A stretch of DNA of 64,000 bases from Vicugna vicugna (GCA_013265495.1 MU058423.1:6548939-6612938), one strand, 5' to 3'; shown: positions 49,812 through 64,000, counted from the stretch's first letter. Numbers and translations are program-made. Notes: generated by a model from the letters alone, not told the origin.

Positions 49812-52800
49812 GCCATGTTACACTTCTTGAATAAGAATTTTTAGGCCAGATTCTTATATTTGTGTCAAGCTAGCCAAACAATTACGGTTCTGTTTTTAAG
49901 GAGGGAAAATAGGTTTTCTGAAAGTCACATTAACCTATTTTGTTTTGTTTTTTGTGTGTCAGTATTGTTCAATAAAAATAAATAAATGATAAATATAGAA
50001 TGTATTTCTATTAGTTAAATATTTAAAGTCTCTGAGAATAGGATGTCTCTTTTACTCAATCGGTATTTCCTTAAGGTCAACTACTCTGCCTTATTCATCT
50101 ATTACCCTAGAACCTAATACAGTGCCTGGTAGGTAATAGCTGCCCCAAAACTTTTATATAACTGTATGTATTAGTAATCCTAGTGCGCAGAGCACAGTGC
50201 TAGTCCATTGGCAAACTCAAGATGTGTCAGTTTAAACACAAGAGTGACATGGTATTTCTTTGACTACCTTCCATGTCAAACCTTGGTCTTCAAAGTAAAA
50301 TTATTTTTGAGAAAAAAAAAAGCACCATTAAACTATATGGTAGATGTTGTTCTTACGCTCTGGTGCATACTTGATGTGGCATTCACATTTATTCAGTAAA
50401 ATACATGCCAGATCCTTATGCTACACTTGGGGGCTAGAAGGAGTAGTTACAAAGTAGGGTGACAAATGCTACAAGACAGTAGTTGGAAACAAAGAAGAAG
50501 CCACTAATTTTCCTGGAGGAATCTTCATAGGCTTCAGAGAAGTGGTGACTATGAGGCTGGAAGTGTGAGAGGTGAGAGCCATTTCAATGAGCTGTGACAC
50601 TCAATGCAATCTTCATAACAAACAGTTACAAGATAGAGTCATAAGTTTTAGTGAAACAAATAATGTATTCTTTAAATATTTCCTACTTCTTTGAGTGTAC
50701 AGTATAAAGGAATATGGACAGCAGGAAACATGCCATCTAGAGACAAGAGCCATTTAAACTGAGCCCACTCAATGTGGGAACATTTAATTCAGAATCTTCA
50801 CATAATTTCCTTTTATTTAAACCATTATTAAGAAATATCCTCCAACTTATCACATGTGAATTTTAAGCCTCAGTAGTATTAGGTTTGACACAGACAGAGC
50901 ACTTCTGGAATTATATTTAGGCAGTAGTACCTGTTAGTGAGCATTTGATTGCCCATAATGCGGAAGGATTTATTCATATTACCCTTTTATTGGCAAATAT
51001 ATTGGGTGAAAATCCCCTGATATTGCTGGTAGTTGTGCGTTCCAAATTTTATTGGATATGTAAGCCATTTTCCTCTGTGTTTAAACTTGTGCTTTCTATT
51101 AATAGAAAAATGCAGGTGTTAACTGCAAAAGAACATTCACTGTTATGCAGGTGTACCCTTGGCTTGCGTCTCCCATGCTCAATTATAACAAGTGCTTTGA
51201 TTCCTTTTCAATTTTAATTTTTGTTTTGTCTTTTCCAAATCAGTAAATAGAAGAGGATGTATAAAATGATTACAAATTATCTAAGCAAAGATAACCCCTT
51301 GACCTCCTGAAGACCAAAATGGCTACATAATAATTTTGGTATTTTTAGGCAGTTTATAAAATTTTCATTGCCCTAGATAGTTCTTCAAAAATAAGGCAAT
51401 TGGATTAAAATGAATTGGATACTAAATTTCAAGTAAGAATATATATATAGAATAGAATATACATACATAAAATATTAAGGCTAATTCTAGTTCTGGAACC
51501 AGCCAAAACCTCATAAAATCTGTTTTGGTAAATCCTATACAGTAGACTTCTACAGCCTACTGCTAATGTGTAACATCTGATATTTCACAATGGTGGTAGA
51601 ATCTTTATTCAAAATTAAGGGCCCAAAGTTGTCAAAATCTAAAGCTGCTAGCATTTACCATTTAATGATCATGGTATTAGAAATAGAATTTACTTAACCT
51701 TTGAAGTGTCCTTGGACACATATAAATTAAGTTCACAGAAATGTCAACCTTTGGACCTCATGAGAAAATACTGTCTTTCAGGGTGAAACAATAACTGCAA
51801 AAAGAAAAGATAACACAGCACAGTTGCAAATGGTTGCCTCTTAGTCTTTCTAAGAGTCTTTCTATTATTTATATATATATATATATAAATAATATATGTA
51901 AAATAAAATATGTAAAATTTTATTTTAGGTTTCGAATGACATGTCTTAATAGCTAATGGTACTGGTGGTAATTTTTTCCCCAACCTAACTTTATTTCTCT
52001 GTTTCACTGCTTTTTCCCTTGGGTATTAGAAGACAGAAACCTGGGAATAGGAGGAGTAACTAGCATGGAAAGTGACTTCAGGGATCATTGGGAAAGTAGG
52101 AACTTGAATATTTGAGGCCATGGACTCAGAAAAATAAGCACACAATAAGGAAAGACATGAGGTATAGATATAACTTTACCCTTGTGTATATTTTTAAAGT
52201 ACATTTCTAAACACACATAGCAAAATTGTTCATATTTCAAATGGTATGTATGCAATCAATTTTTCCCCAGTTGTATTTAAGGTAAAAGAAAACACTACTT
52301 TAGATTCTTGTCCTAGTTCTACCACTAGGTATCTCTGTAAGTTCTGACAAGTAATTAAACCTCTCGGACCCTCTGGTTATTTAGGCTCAGTTCAACCTGG
52401 TGAATATGGATGGCTCTCATATTAAGTGCCAGTTCTTGTGTTCAATTCTGAGAATCCAAAGATGGAAATTACCTCTAATTGAGTTATTACAATTCCCAAT
52501 TCTAATCTCACCCCACTCAATAACTTCTAAATTGTCCATACTGCTCCAAAATGATGTCTTTGAAATGGAAATCTCCTGAAAGGTTTTTAAATGCTTCAAT
52601 AACACCACGTGGCTCTCATTTAAAAAAAACTCTTTAATTTCCTATAAATGTATACCTGACTTTTTATGATGGGTCCCTCTTTGCCTCTCATATTCATTTT
52701 TTACTCCTCACCAAACCTCAGCCATAATAATCCCCATGCTGTCTCAGAAATGCTTTCTCTATTTTCTGTTCTGTTCCTTTTGTAGCATGTGTACCTCTTT

Positions 52801-52989
52801 CCACCTAAAACAGCATCCTTTTTATCATTTCATCTTATTCCTTACGTCTGCTATTCCTTCTTACTTCAGTACTTAAGTCTTTCTTCCCTCAGACAGAATC
52901 CCCCTCTGATCCTGCTGAGGTCTTGTGGAATTTATCAAGCAATACTGTAAATCTCTTTATGGATCTGTTCATCAACTAAACTAGAGATT

Positions 52990-53293
52990 CCAGCGTATTG
53001 ATTAAGAGTATGAATTATTGAATCAGATTGCCTAGGTTCGAATTCAACCTATTACAATACTGTGTGACCTTATTGAGCAAGTTATTTAACCTCCTCCATC
53101 TTCAGTTGTTTTATGCGTGAAATAGGAAATGATAATTAGTACCTAGCTCTTGGGAATGTTATGAGGGTTAGAAAACAAACATAAAACTAAACACATAGAA
53201 AATGGAAATCAAATCAATGCATGTAAAATGATGTACCCAGAGTCTAACACATAAATAAGTGCTTAATAAATGTAATTTATCATTTTATTATTG
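52990..53293 (+). mobile_element. Near full-length MIR SINE
   Basis: GATTAAGAGTATG...GAATCAGATTGCCTAGGTTCGAATTC...TGTGTGACCTT...GCAAGTTATTTAACCTC...AAGTGCTTAATAAATG. Confidence 0.85.
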
Positions 53294-55324
53294 CTAAGGT
53301 TGTCTCATCTCTATATCTCTAATATCTTACACATTATCTGATATGACACACTTACGAGTTCATTAATTAAGTGTATATTTACTATGCACCTCTGTGTCAA
53401 GTATTGTGTAATTTCAGAACATATAAATATAAAAAGTAAGTATAGTAATGGAATGAAGGAATGAATGAAAGAATGAACAAAGACAAGTTCTACCCCTAAC
53501 CAAAAAGAGTATTTGTTGTGTAGTAGGGGGAAAACCATGCAAGCGAAGAATATAACAAAGAGTATGCATCAGTTCTTGTTCAGGGTAGGAAGTTAAACCT
53601 TTTCAAAGTGTATCAAGCAGATAGTAATCCTAATTCAGGGAATCTCTATCTTAGAAAATTGTTGAACAGGCTAGGAATGGAAGTCAGGATTAGCTACTGG
53701 ATTCCTGAATTTAAGGGCACACCAAAGTTGTAATCCAGGGGAAATCAGGCTGCCCCTGCTGTCAAACTACCTCTCACCCACAAAATATTGGTGACTAATG
53801 GCTGGGAAGCTGAGTGTGGGGCTCCTCAACTGCCTTTATGCACTCCAAACTCCACGACTTTGTTTGTCTGCCATGAGCAAAAGCAGCAAGAAGACAACTT
53901 TCACCTATCTTTCACTGTCCAAACCATATGACAATGCATTTAGGTAGACCCTGTTGGGCAAGTTTGTGAAATGTAGTTTTTCAACTTGCCAAACTTTCCA
54001 AGTACATAATGTCTATGTACTTTGTGGGGAAAATATTTTACTTTTAAAAAGTCTCTACTTTAAAGTCTATTTTTGATATCCTCATCAAAAAAAAAAAAAA
54101 GCCCCACCATTTCCAACTCAGTAGCAGTCACTTCACAGTCTCACAGAGAATAATATTATTCTCGATCTATCCAGTGGTCCAGTGATGGAGTTATACTCTG
54201 AGGATTTTATGAAGCACAGAGTAGGAGCATGTAAACCAGGTCAGGATGGAGGGTGTACATTCAGGAGGACTTTCTGAAAGAAGAGCTATGTGGAGAAGAA
54301 AGCAAGGGAGCAGTTAGAATTATATGAATGTGGTCTTCCATTTCAGGAGTTCCCTTACACGGAGAGAACTTCCCGCTGAAGTATTTTCTTACTTGGAAGT
54401 GATGCATTTGTGAAATGCTAGTAACAAAGTATCAATTTTAAAAGCTGGTAAGAAAAATTGAGTCTATTCTTACCAAGTACTTATGGGAGTTCTGATTGGA
54501 TTTCTATGTATTGAGGTCCCTGCAAAGAGATGACTGTGTCTGCCACACTGACCACGCACTAGACTTTAAGGAATGATTTGGAATTTTATTAATATAGTCT
54601 TTCTTAAAATGTGCTCTCTCTTTAAATTATGCTCAGATAAAACCAGAACTAGAAATTAGAACTTGAAGCTACTAAGGTTCTTCAGTTCTTATTACAAAAA
54701 TCAAAGCAAATTTTCATCATGGGAAAATTATTAACCTTTTTTTTTAGATATAAGAGGCAACTTTGGGCAGATAAACCTGATTAAATTCATTTAATCTTTG
54801 TTATATATGTTGCTGTTAAGTTTTATGGGGAAAGGAGACTTCATCATTTAAAAATGTTTGCTTTCATTTGTATTTGACATAATATTATTGACATTCTGTA
54901 GTCTCCAAAGAGCCAAGAAATCCAGTTTTAATTTATCATTAACTGTAAATTTGTTGTAGTGGAGCAATGGTCTATTATAGGAAACAGGTAGGTAATTCAT
55001 TAAAAGCCAGTTTAATATAGAAAGCAGCAAAAGAATTTTCAAAATAATGACCTAGCATTTTGTCTTATCTGGTTAATTTTGAGACAATCTTGGCCCTCTC
55101 AGCTCCTGAATTTTATTATATCCTCAGCCACTATGAAAGGTGTGAATGTTATTAGAAATGTAACTTATATATTAAAATTCTAATTGATCCCATATCTAAA
55201 TACATTGGGAATTTTTTTCAAATTAGCATTCAAACATTTGATATTTAAACCATTTTTTTCTTTGAATCAAGATTCTTTTTCACTTCTCTTTGAACTTTAA
55301 GATAGGTTGTTTATGTAAGGTGAG

Positions 55325-55327
<3 letters not shown>

Positions 55328-55369
<42 letters not shown>
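55328..55369. repeat. (TG)21 microsatellite
   Basis: Uninterrupted TG run of 42 nt. Confidence 0.98.
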
Positions 55370-55371
<2 letters not shown>

Positions 55372-55847
55372 TATAATTTCAAAACTCCAGTAAGTAAATT
55401 TTACCTTTAATTATTAATTTAACTTGGTATCAAGAACTCATGAGAGAGTAAGAAAAGCTTTCTCTCAAAACAATTAAATCTGAAAGTTAGGACATTATCT
55501 TGGAGAAGTGTGTTTGTACTAGGAGCTTTTTCTTCAAATTTCTCTCTGGTGGCCATTTGGTATATATATAGCAATGTTGTACATGAATATTGATGACCAT
55601 TTATATTTTTATGAATTATATTAATCCTTGGTATCTTTCCGAGTTATAAAATGTGCAGTTAGGTCACAACTTTCATTATATAGGTTTACAAAATTGTGCA
55701 GATATTATTAAAGCTAATGTCTTATTCATTCATATACCATTATGAAGCTTACATATCCTGATATTTATAGATATATAATAAAATAAACCCATACAAATAC
55801 CATTTCCCAAGGAATTTCATAAGAATTTAAGTTTATATTTTCATTCA

Positions 55848-57380
55848 TGTGATGGACTATTACAGTGTCACTCTCCCCATTAAACTGCAGTTCCCAGTAT
55901 TCATGCCTCTGTATAGTCTCTTTTAACCTGAGTTTAACAAAGAGCCTTGATAAGCTTGCACACACTGGAACTTGTTATTTTGGAACATTTTTTTGAGCCC
56001 AGCTTCAAACTGTTAATAAGTAAAGACTAGACTAATCTGGAGGGTGAAACCATTTTGTTGTTTTAACCCCAGCTAAAGTCCCACTTTAATTAAGCCATGT
56101 AACTGATATCCTTTATGCCACATGAAGCAAAACAATGGATCAACTGATCTCAGTCAACCCACAGAATCATAAGAAATAATAAGTACTTGTTGTTATAATT
56201 CAGTAAGTTTTTAATAGTTTTTTTTTTAATCACAGCAATACCTAAGTGAAACAGAAATTGGTGATACATGAAAGTAGGATACTGGTATCATCATACAAAC
56301 ATAAAATATATGGCATTGGCTTTGGGACTAAGTAGCAAAGGCCTCTTTAGAAAAGTTGTGAGAAAATTGTTATTGGAAACTTGACAACAGTGTACCTAAT
56401 TTTACAGTGCACCTGTTTATCGATGGAAAATTAATGAGAACAATGACCTTGGGAACTTGTAAGATAAAACATGTACATAATGACCTCATGATTCTGGGTA
56501 AGGAGATTTTCAGACAGGATGTTGAAAATGTCAAATGGCTTCTTACAGTTGCGTAAGATATAGCTTTATAGGAAACAGATGAATGAAAGCAGGAACTGTT
56601 TGGTTTCAATCAGAGCTTAATAAAATGATTTCCAACACAAGAATGAATGAGTTAGAATATAGAGTTGATTTTCACCCCCAACTCCTCCACTGGATGAAAG
56701 GTTACCAAATTAAGAAAAGACCAGAGGTGAAAATAAAATCTAGGGTACTAACAGTAAACTGTGGCTTCAGAGTAAAGATCAAAACAATGCTATGACTGTT
56801 AAGACCCTTTGTTAGAATTAAGAAGGATTCAAGGTGTTTCTTCTCAGACCCTCTCAGCTAGACAAAAAATTCCTAAGATTTTAAGAATGTTGCCTTAAAG
56901 CACATTAACCTATATTTCAAAACAGAAAGGGATCTGTCTTGAAAATATACGTCTTTGTGACTTTTGTTTAATGGAATGAACTATATTTGCTATGTAGAAG
57001 GTCCACAAAATTGTAAAGGGAATTTTAGTGTTGAGAGTATTATCAGCCTAGACTAAGAGGGATGGGGACAGTTCAAAACAATTTGGGCCTTCAGCTTTCT
57101 ACAGCAGGGAATAGGCTGATAAAGTTATTCAGCGACAAGAAGGGTAATTTTTTTTTTTTTTTAGGGTAAAGAGCCCAGAGCATTGAGCCAAGGGTCTTAG
57201 GCAGCCACTCCCAAATAGGAAAAGTTGGTCTAATCAAGAAATATTCCCTACCCCTGGAGCAGGGGAACTGGTGGCCTGGACCTGCCTGGATTCCAGAATT
57301 TCCATGTGCCTCTACTTTCTCTCCTCTTTCCCAGTGGGAGCGTGTAGCATGATTATCTTCTTTCTGTCTCACCATGGAAT
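55848..57380 (+). mobile_element. MaLR provirus remnant: MLT1 LTR (55848-56253) followed by internal sequence
   Basis: LTR end CAACCCACAGAATCATAAGAAATAATAA...CAGCAATA...TGAAACA, immediately followed by GAAATTGGT...ATGGCATTGGCTTTGGGAC, the MLT1-int start. Confidence 0.8.
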
Positions 57381-57526
57381 TTTTATAGTATTATGGTTAT
57401 AACTTTATCATGCTTTCTACTTTTTCTATTTTTAAATAAAACTGTTGGCATATGCAAAGTAAGCTGGATTACTAGAGCAAGTGTCTATATGTTCTAGGTC
57501 TTAAAAATCATTCAGTTTCAATTATG

Positions 57527-57852
57527 TAGTTCTGTGTTTTCCAATGCAGTAGCCACAAGCCACATGACATTACTGAATACTTAAAAATGAAATGGTAGCT
57601 GGTACGAGTTGAGACGTGCTGTAAGTGTAAAGTAACCACAGGATTTTGAAGTAACCATAGGAAAAAAATATAAAGTATCTCATTAATAAGTTTTATATTG
57701 ATTAGATATTAAAATGATATTTCAATATATTGGGTTAAACAAATTATTATTTAAATTAATTTTACTTTTTTCTTTATATATTTTAAATGTGACTACTAAA
57801 ACATTTGGAATACATATGTAGTTCACATTATATTTCTATTGGATATCCTGAT
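57527..57852. mobile_element. MER33-like hAT-Charlie DNA transposon
   Basis: TCCAATGCAGTAGCCACAAGCCACATG...GTGCTGTAAGTGTAAA...TATATTGGGTTAAA...CATTATATTTCTATTGGA. Confidence 0.85.
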
Positions 57853-58189
57853 CTGGCTATTTTAAATAAAAGTAGTTTTGTTTTTTTTTTAAATTGTTAG
57901 TTGAGAGAGACAGAACTCTTTAATTATCCATTTTACCCTGTGAATATAAATACAATCTGAAGTATTGCATTTATTTCTAAACCTAGACATAAAGTCTAAT
58001 AATTATATATGTTTTAAGCCATACTAAGTCTAAAAGCACAAGTGGTCCAACCAAGCTTTTTGTAATTATAATCTCCAGTCTAGCAGACAGTTCCTAGATT
58101 TTTATTCTGAATTGCTCCCTCTAATTTCTAACCTATGCCGATATCAGTACATAGACACATTACATACACACATACATAGATATATATAT

Positions 58190-59157
58190 ATATAAGTGAA
58201 GGGAAAGGGAAAGCTCTTCCTTACACAAGAATGACAGCTAATAAATGTAGAAGAATTAGAAAAATCATAATTGGTAAACTATTATAATGATTATTTAGGT
58301 AAGAATGAATCATTAACGAATACTAAAATGATTGGGTAGAATTTTGGTGAGAAGAAACATATTTAAATAGGTATGCAAAGTGACAAAATATTTATTCATT
58401 ATAAAGGAAAAAACTAGTAATTTTACCATGGAGAATCCCAGCAAAACACCACCTTAGACAAGTGATCGAAGGTAACTTCAGTAATGAAAGGAATCAGCAT
58501 CATGTTGTTATGATGTAAAGAAAAACACAGAATCACTTCTTTGATATTCCCTCAAAATGCAAAAATTGAATTTAATCATGAGAAAATAGCAGATGACCCC
58601 AAACTAGGAACACTCTGCCAAAGAACTGGCTTGTACTCTTCAAAATCTTCGAAGTCATAAAGGACAAGAGAAGGCTGAGGAACTACTGAAAGAACCCAGG
58701 AGACATCTCAACTACATGCAATATGTGATCCTGGACTAGATCATGAATAGGGAGAAAAAACTTTTTTTTTTCCTATGAAGTATGTTATTGAGATACTTGG
58801 TAAAATGTGAATGGAGTGTGTAAATTTACTGCCAGTATTGGATCAGTGTTGATTTTCAGATTTTAATGATTGTACTGTGGTTACATACAATAGCGTCCTA
58901 GACTTTTAGGAAATATTGAAGCATGCAAGAATAACGGGTGAAATGGCAACTTTCTCTTAGTTGGCTCAGATGGTTCACACACACGTACGCACACACATTT
59001 ACACAGAGGCATGCATGAATCCAGAGAGAGACGACAGAGAATAGTAAGATAAATGAGGTAAATTGTTACATTTGACATTTTACCTGGGTGAATTCTTTGT
59101 TCTATTTTTGCCTCTTATCTATGTCTAAAATTATTTCACAATAAAAAGTTTTTAAAA
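58190..59157 (+). mobile_element. L1MC-like 3'UTR
   Basis: GGGAAAGCTCTTCCTTACA...GCTAATAAATGTAGAAG...CAAAGAACTGGCTTGTACTCTTCAAAA...ATGTGATCCTGGA...GATTGTACTGTGGTTA...AATAAAAAGTTTT. Confidence 0.85.
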
Positions 59158-60828
59158 CATGTAAGTGACATACGAGGTAAACCTTGGGAAATGCTGACAA
59201 TTCCTTCTCTGAGACAGGAAAGAAGCTACCTTTGGATGGATAGGAAGCATCTGTTGGTATACAAATATTCTGAAAACTGTTAGAACCCGTGATTTACTTT
59301 GCTTAAGCTCCTGCAATGCCCTTAGCTCTCTTCTTGTCTGAGCATATGCAAAGGTAGAAAAAAGATGCTCTTAAAATGCTTTTTCCTTGAGCTAAAAAAT
59401 GAGAGAAAAGTCCTACTGAGTTTTGCTTTTTGATTAGCCTCAGTCATTTCAAATAAGAGGAGCCGTTTCCAAGGCAAATAGCGAGCTCCACAGCCATCCT
59501 CACTTCCTCAGTGTTGCCACCTGCGTTTTGCAGGGCTTCTCCACACCCTACTTCACATCTTTTTGAAAAGGTTTGTGGGGCATAGGATGAATGTGTAAGC
59601 ACTCTTGGGAGACTCTCTTTTGCTTACTTTTAGATTTTGCAATTCTGAAACTATTTTACCTTTCTAAAATGTCCTTTCATGCAGAGTTTTTATAAACTCT
59701 GAACCAAATACCCAGTTATTTTAACTTTAACTTCAAAGCAATCTATCTTTATTATGATTCCATCACCATAAAATAAAATTGCATCTGGAAACAGAAAATA
59801 AAGTAATAAGCATAATAAAGTTATCAACATAACCTCACTAAGCTTTTAATTAATTCCCTGTTATTTTAAACCAATGACAATCTTCTGTGTGCCCCTTTGA
59901 GAATAATTCAATGTTTGTTATTAAATGTTTTATTAAAATGCTTCTCAGTTTGCAGTATTAAGACAAAAGAAACTTATGAAAAATTCTTAGACATATATTA
60001 AATTCTAATAAAATAACAAAAATGTCCAGAAACAATTCTAAGTTAGATAATACAAAAATCTGGGTCCAAAAAATAGTTCCTACAAGAGATAATAAAAGTA
60101 CTGTGTCTGAGGACTGCTTCTGACACTACCTAGCCTTGTGACACTAAACAAATCTTTGGTCTCTGAGGCTCAAACATAAAATGAAGTGAAAAAAGATTTA
60201 ATACTTTGATTCATTGCCAAATTAATTTGAAGAATCTTAAACTTCTTGAAAATGCAATGATCTAATTCTAAATTTTATTTTTAAGGCTCCAAATACTTTA
60301 AATGATAAATTCCCAATAGATTATACAAGGCCTTTTCCTAAGCTTTGCTCTTCAAGAAATGACTAATTATCAAACAGCATTATTTTAATGACACAAACAG
60401 AATTTTATAATATAGTCTACATATAAAATTTAATAGAAAAAAATGCAGATAACTTACAGTTCAGTTCTGGAAGTACAGTATTCCCAGTGACCTATTTACT
60501 AAATGAAACTCTGCTACTGTGATGTTCTCTGCATTGCACAGAATACTATAAACATGCAGAAAATGTCCTTCATTTCCAATTCATTTGAATCACCTTTTTC
60601 TCACCTTTATTCAACAGGGGAAAACAAAAATCCAAACCTCTTTAGTCATAATGTTATTTCTTAGTAGATGCAAAAATAGTTTTGACATTTTTACCCCATC
60701 AAGGACAAGAACAAATGAATGTTACAGAATTAAAAGAGATTGCCCATACTATATTGTTTTTCCTTGAGAGTAAAACTGTAAAGAAATTGGGTTGTATTTT
60801 TAAATGTAGGGATTTCCTATTGTCAGGG

Positions 60829-63800
60829 TTTTTTTATTATTAAATTTTTGTTGTAAGATAATTATAAATATGTATGTAGTTATGGAAATAATACAGAGGT
60901 CTGTGTACTCATTCTCCAATTCTTCCCAAATATAACATCTTGCAAAATTATAATATCACAACCAGAATATTAACCTTAATATATAGTCCAGATACAGAAC
61001 ATTTCTTCCACCACCATGATCTCTCATGTTGCTTTTATAGCTACATTCAATTCCCTCACTCCTTAATCTTTGGCAACCATTACTCTGTTCTTCATTACAT
61101 AATTTTGTCATTTCAAGAATGGCTCATAAATAGCTTTTCTCACTTGGCATACTTCTGTGGAAGTTTATCCAGTTTGCTGCCTGCATCAATAGTTTATTGC
61201 TTCTTATTGCTAAGTGATAGTCCATGGCATGGGTGTATCACAACTCATTCTGATATTCACCAGTTGAAGGAAACTCTGGGTTGTTTCTAGGCTTTGGCTA
61301 CTGGAAACAAAACTAATATCAACATTTGTGTACAGTTTTTGTGTGAACTTATGTCCCTATTTCTCTAGGATAAATGCCTAGGTGTGCAATTGCTGGATCA
61401 TATAATAGTTGAATATTTCGTTTTATAATAACTAACAAACTTCTCAAGAATGGCTGTACTATTTAACAGTCTCCTCAGCACTGTTTGACTGATCCAGTTT
61501 TTTGGTATTATCACCAGTATTTGCTGTTGTCAATAGTTTTTATTTTTGCCATTTTTATAGTCATGTAGTGATATCTAATTGTGGCTTTAACATGCATTTC
61601 CTTAAAGGATAATGATGTTGAGCTCTTCCTGTGCTTATTTGCCCTCTGTATATCCTCTTGGTGAAATTTCTCTGCCCATCTTTTGCCCATTTTCTAATTG
61701 GAGCTTATTTGTTTTGTACTCTTGAGTTTTAACTGTTTGTTCTACACAATAATCCTTTATTGGATATGTGGTTTGTAAATATTTTCTCTCATTCTGTAGC
61801 TCATCTTTTCATTCTCTTAACAGGGCCTTTTCCAGAGCAAAAAATTTAATTCAAATAAAGCCAAATTTATCAAGTTTTGTTTTTATGAATTGTGCTTTTA
61901 ATGTTATATCTAAAGACTCAATGCCTATCCTAGAGCCTGAAGATTCGCTTCTAATGCTTTTCTAGAAGTTTTATAGTTTTACATTTTATATTTAGGTCCT
62001 TGCTTCATATTGAGACAATTTTCTCTTTTTCCCTTCCTTTCTTCCTTCCTTCCCTCCTTCCTTCTCTTTCTTTCTTTGCCTACGGATGTTTAATTGCTTC
62101 GGCACCACTTGCAGAAAAGGTTATCTTTCCTCCATGCAATTATCTTTGCACCTTTGCCAAAGATTGGTTGAGCATATTTGTGTGGTATATTTCTGAATTC
62201 TCCGTTTTGTTACATTGAATAGACATTAAATGTGCCTCTTTCCACCAATACCATGGAATCTTGATTAATGTACTACATAAAAAGTCTTGAAGTCAGACAG
62301 ATTATTTGTACCACTTTATTATTCTTTACTGAGATAGTTTTCAGAAATTCTAATTCCTTTGCCTTCCCATATTAATTTTTGAATGATGTTGAAAATGTAC
62401 TGCTGGAATTTTAATAAGTATTGCATTAAACAAATATATCAATTTGGAGAAATTGATATGTTCACTATTTTAAATCTTGCCACTTTTGAATAGTTTGACT
62501 GTCTATTTATTTAGTTTTTTTCTATTTATTTTATTAGCATTGTGTAGTTTTCAGCATACATGTCCTGAATGTGTTTTGCCAGATTCATGTAAGGTTTTTA
62601 AACAAACAATTGTAAATGTATTGTATTCTTAAGTTTATTACCTACTTGTTCATTGTTAGTATATGAAAATACAAATGATTTTTGTATGTTTATCTTATTT
62701 CCTTTGGCCTTGCTGAACTCATTTCTAGATGCATTTTTGGTAGATTTGTTGGAATTTTCTATGTAGACAATCATGGTCATCTGCAAATAAGGGCAATTTT
62801 ATTTCTTCCTTTGTGATCTATATGCTTTTTCTTTTCTTGTCTCATTGCTATAGCTAGAACTTTTAGCACAATTTGGATAAGAGTAGTAAAAGTGGGTATC
62901 TTTGCCTTGTTTCTGATTATAAGGGGAAAGTATTCCATCTTTCACCATTAAGTATGTTAGCTATAAACTTTTGTTGATGATTTCTATCAAGTTGAAGATC
63001 TTCCCCTTTATTTATATTTTCTAAGATTTTTTTAATCATGAATTGGTGCTGAATTCTGTCAAATGCCTTTTCCTCATTAATTTGTATGTCTATGTGATTT
63101 TTCTTCTTTAGCCCATTTAATGTGTTGTATTACAGTGCTTGATTTTTAAATATTGAATCTGTCTTACAATCTTGAAATAAATGCCACTTGGTCATTATAT
63201 ATAAAGATTTTTATGTATTGCTAAATTGTATTTGCTAATACAGTATTAAGGATTTTTGCATATATATTCATGACAGATATAGGTCTGTAGTTCTCCCATT
63301 TTTTTTTGTACTCTTTGCGTCTGGTTTTGGTTTCAGGAATATGACCTTCAAAAAATGAATTGGGAAATATTCCCTCATCTTCTATTTTTTAGAAGAGATT
63401 GTGTAGAGTCATTGTGAGTTCTTTTTTAAGTATTTATTAGAATTCTTCAGTAAAGTCATCTGGTCTTGGAGATTTCTTTTCTTGGAAGCTTTATAATTAT
63501 GAATTAAATTTCCTAAACAGTTATTGGGCTATTCAAATTATCTGTTTCTTATTTAGTGAGTTGTAAGTTGTGCTTTTCAAAAATAAGTGTGTGTTGTCTA
63601 CGTTGTCAAACTTGTATGTGCAGGGCTGTTTATAGTATATCCTTATCCTTTGGATGCCTGCAGGGTCTGTTCCATTCTCTATGCCATTCCTGATATTAGT
63701 AATTTGTGTCTTTTCTCTTTTTTCGTTGTCAGTGTTGCTATAATTTATCAATTTTATTGATCTTTTCATGGGACTAGCTTTTTAGTTAATTATTTTCTCT

Positions 63801-64000
63801 GTTGACATTGATTTTTACTTTTATATTTATTATTTCCTTCTTTTTGCTGGCTTTTCTCTTTTCTCTGCTCTTTTCTAAGTTCTTGAGGTGGACACTTAGA
63901 TTATTTAATTGAGAATCTTACTTCTCAGCACTGATCTGGCTTTGTCCCATGAATTTTGATGCAATCTATTTTTAATTTCATTCAGTTCACTGTATCTTTT
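60829..64000 (-). mobile_element. Long old L1 (L1MC/MD-like): 3'UTR plus decayed ORF2, running off the window end
   Basis: RT motif FADD (TTTGCAGATGAC at 62787-62776) followed by a frameshift; ORF-track fragments MIVYIEN...EFSK...KINIQKS and KREKTQITNIRN resemble L1 ORF2; many stops. Confidence 0.93.

Noticed and set aside
62598..63769. Functional reverse transcriptase
   Set aside because: The FADD motif is immediately frameshifted and the ORF2 pieces are under 80 aa; this L1 is dead.
1..64000. ORF-track ORFs (60-139 aa) as genes
   Set aside because: All are short with low-complexity or random composition, many start at non-ATG codons or lie inside repeats, and none resembles a protein family I know except L1 ORF2 debris.
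1..64000. CRISPR array, operon or other prokaryote-type system
   Set aside because: No regularly spaced repeat-spacer array or dense coding sequence; the DNA is mammalian and repeat-rich.

Overview
AT-rich, CpG-depleted mammalian genomic DNA, intergenic or deep-intronic. Two tRNA-derived SINEs resembling the camelid Vic-1 family suggest a camelid source (alpaca, llama or camel). I found no recognisable protein-coding gene, RNA gene, CpG island or CRISPR array. The ORF track consists of chance ORFs plus a few decayed L1 ORF2 pieces. Much of the window is interspersed repeat: ERV1 solo LTRs, MaLR (MLT1) and ERVL LTRs, L1 of several ages, L2, CR1/L3, MIR, and MER44/MER5/MER33-type DNA transposons, often nested. 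Repeat family names come from my recall of consensus sequences, not from a search, and most boundaries without TSDs are approximate. I cannot support a new biological system here. The best leads are: (i) an L1 5'UTR/promoter fused directly to an L1 3' tail through a 22-bp tandem duplication (48.3-49.1 kb); (ii) very short L1 tail insertions with intact TSDs; (iii) a largely repeat-free block at 13.8-16.4 kb with a near-perfect RFX X-box and two similar minus-strand splice-donor motifs; (iv) two inverted pairs of related repeats.
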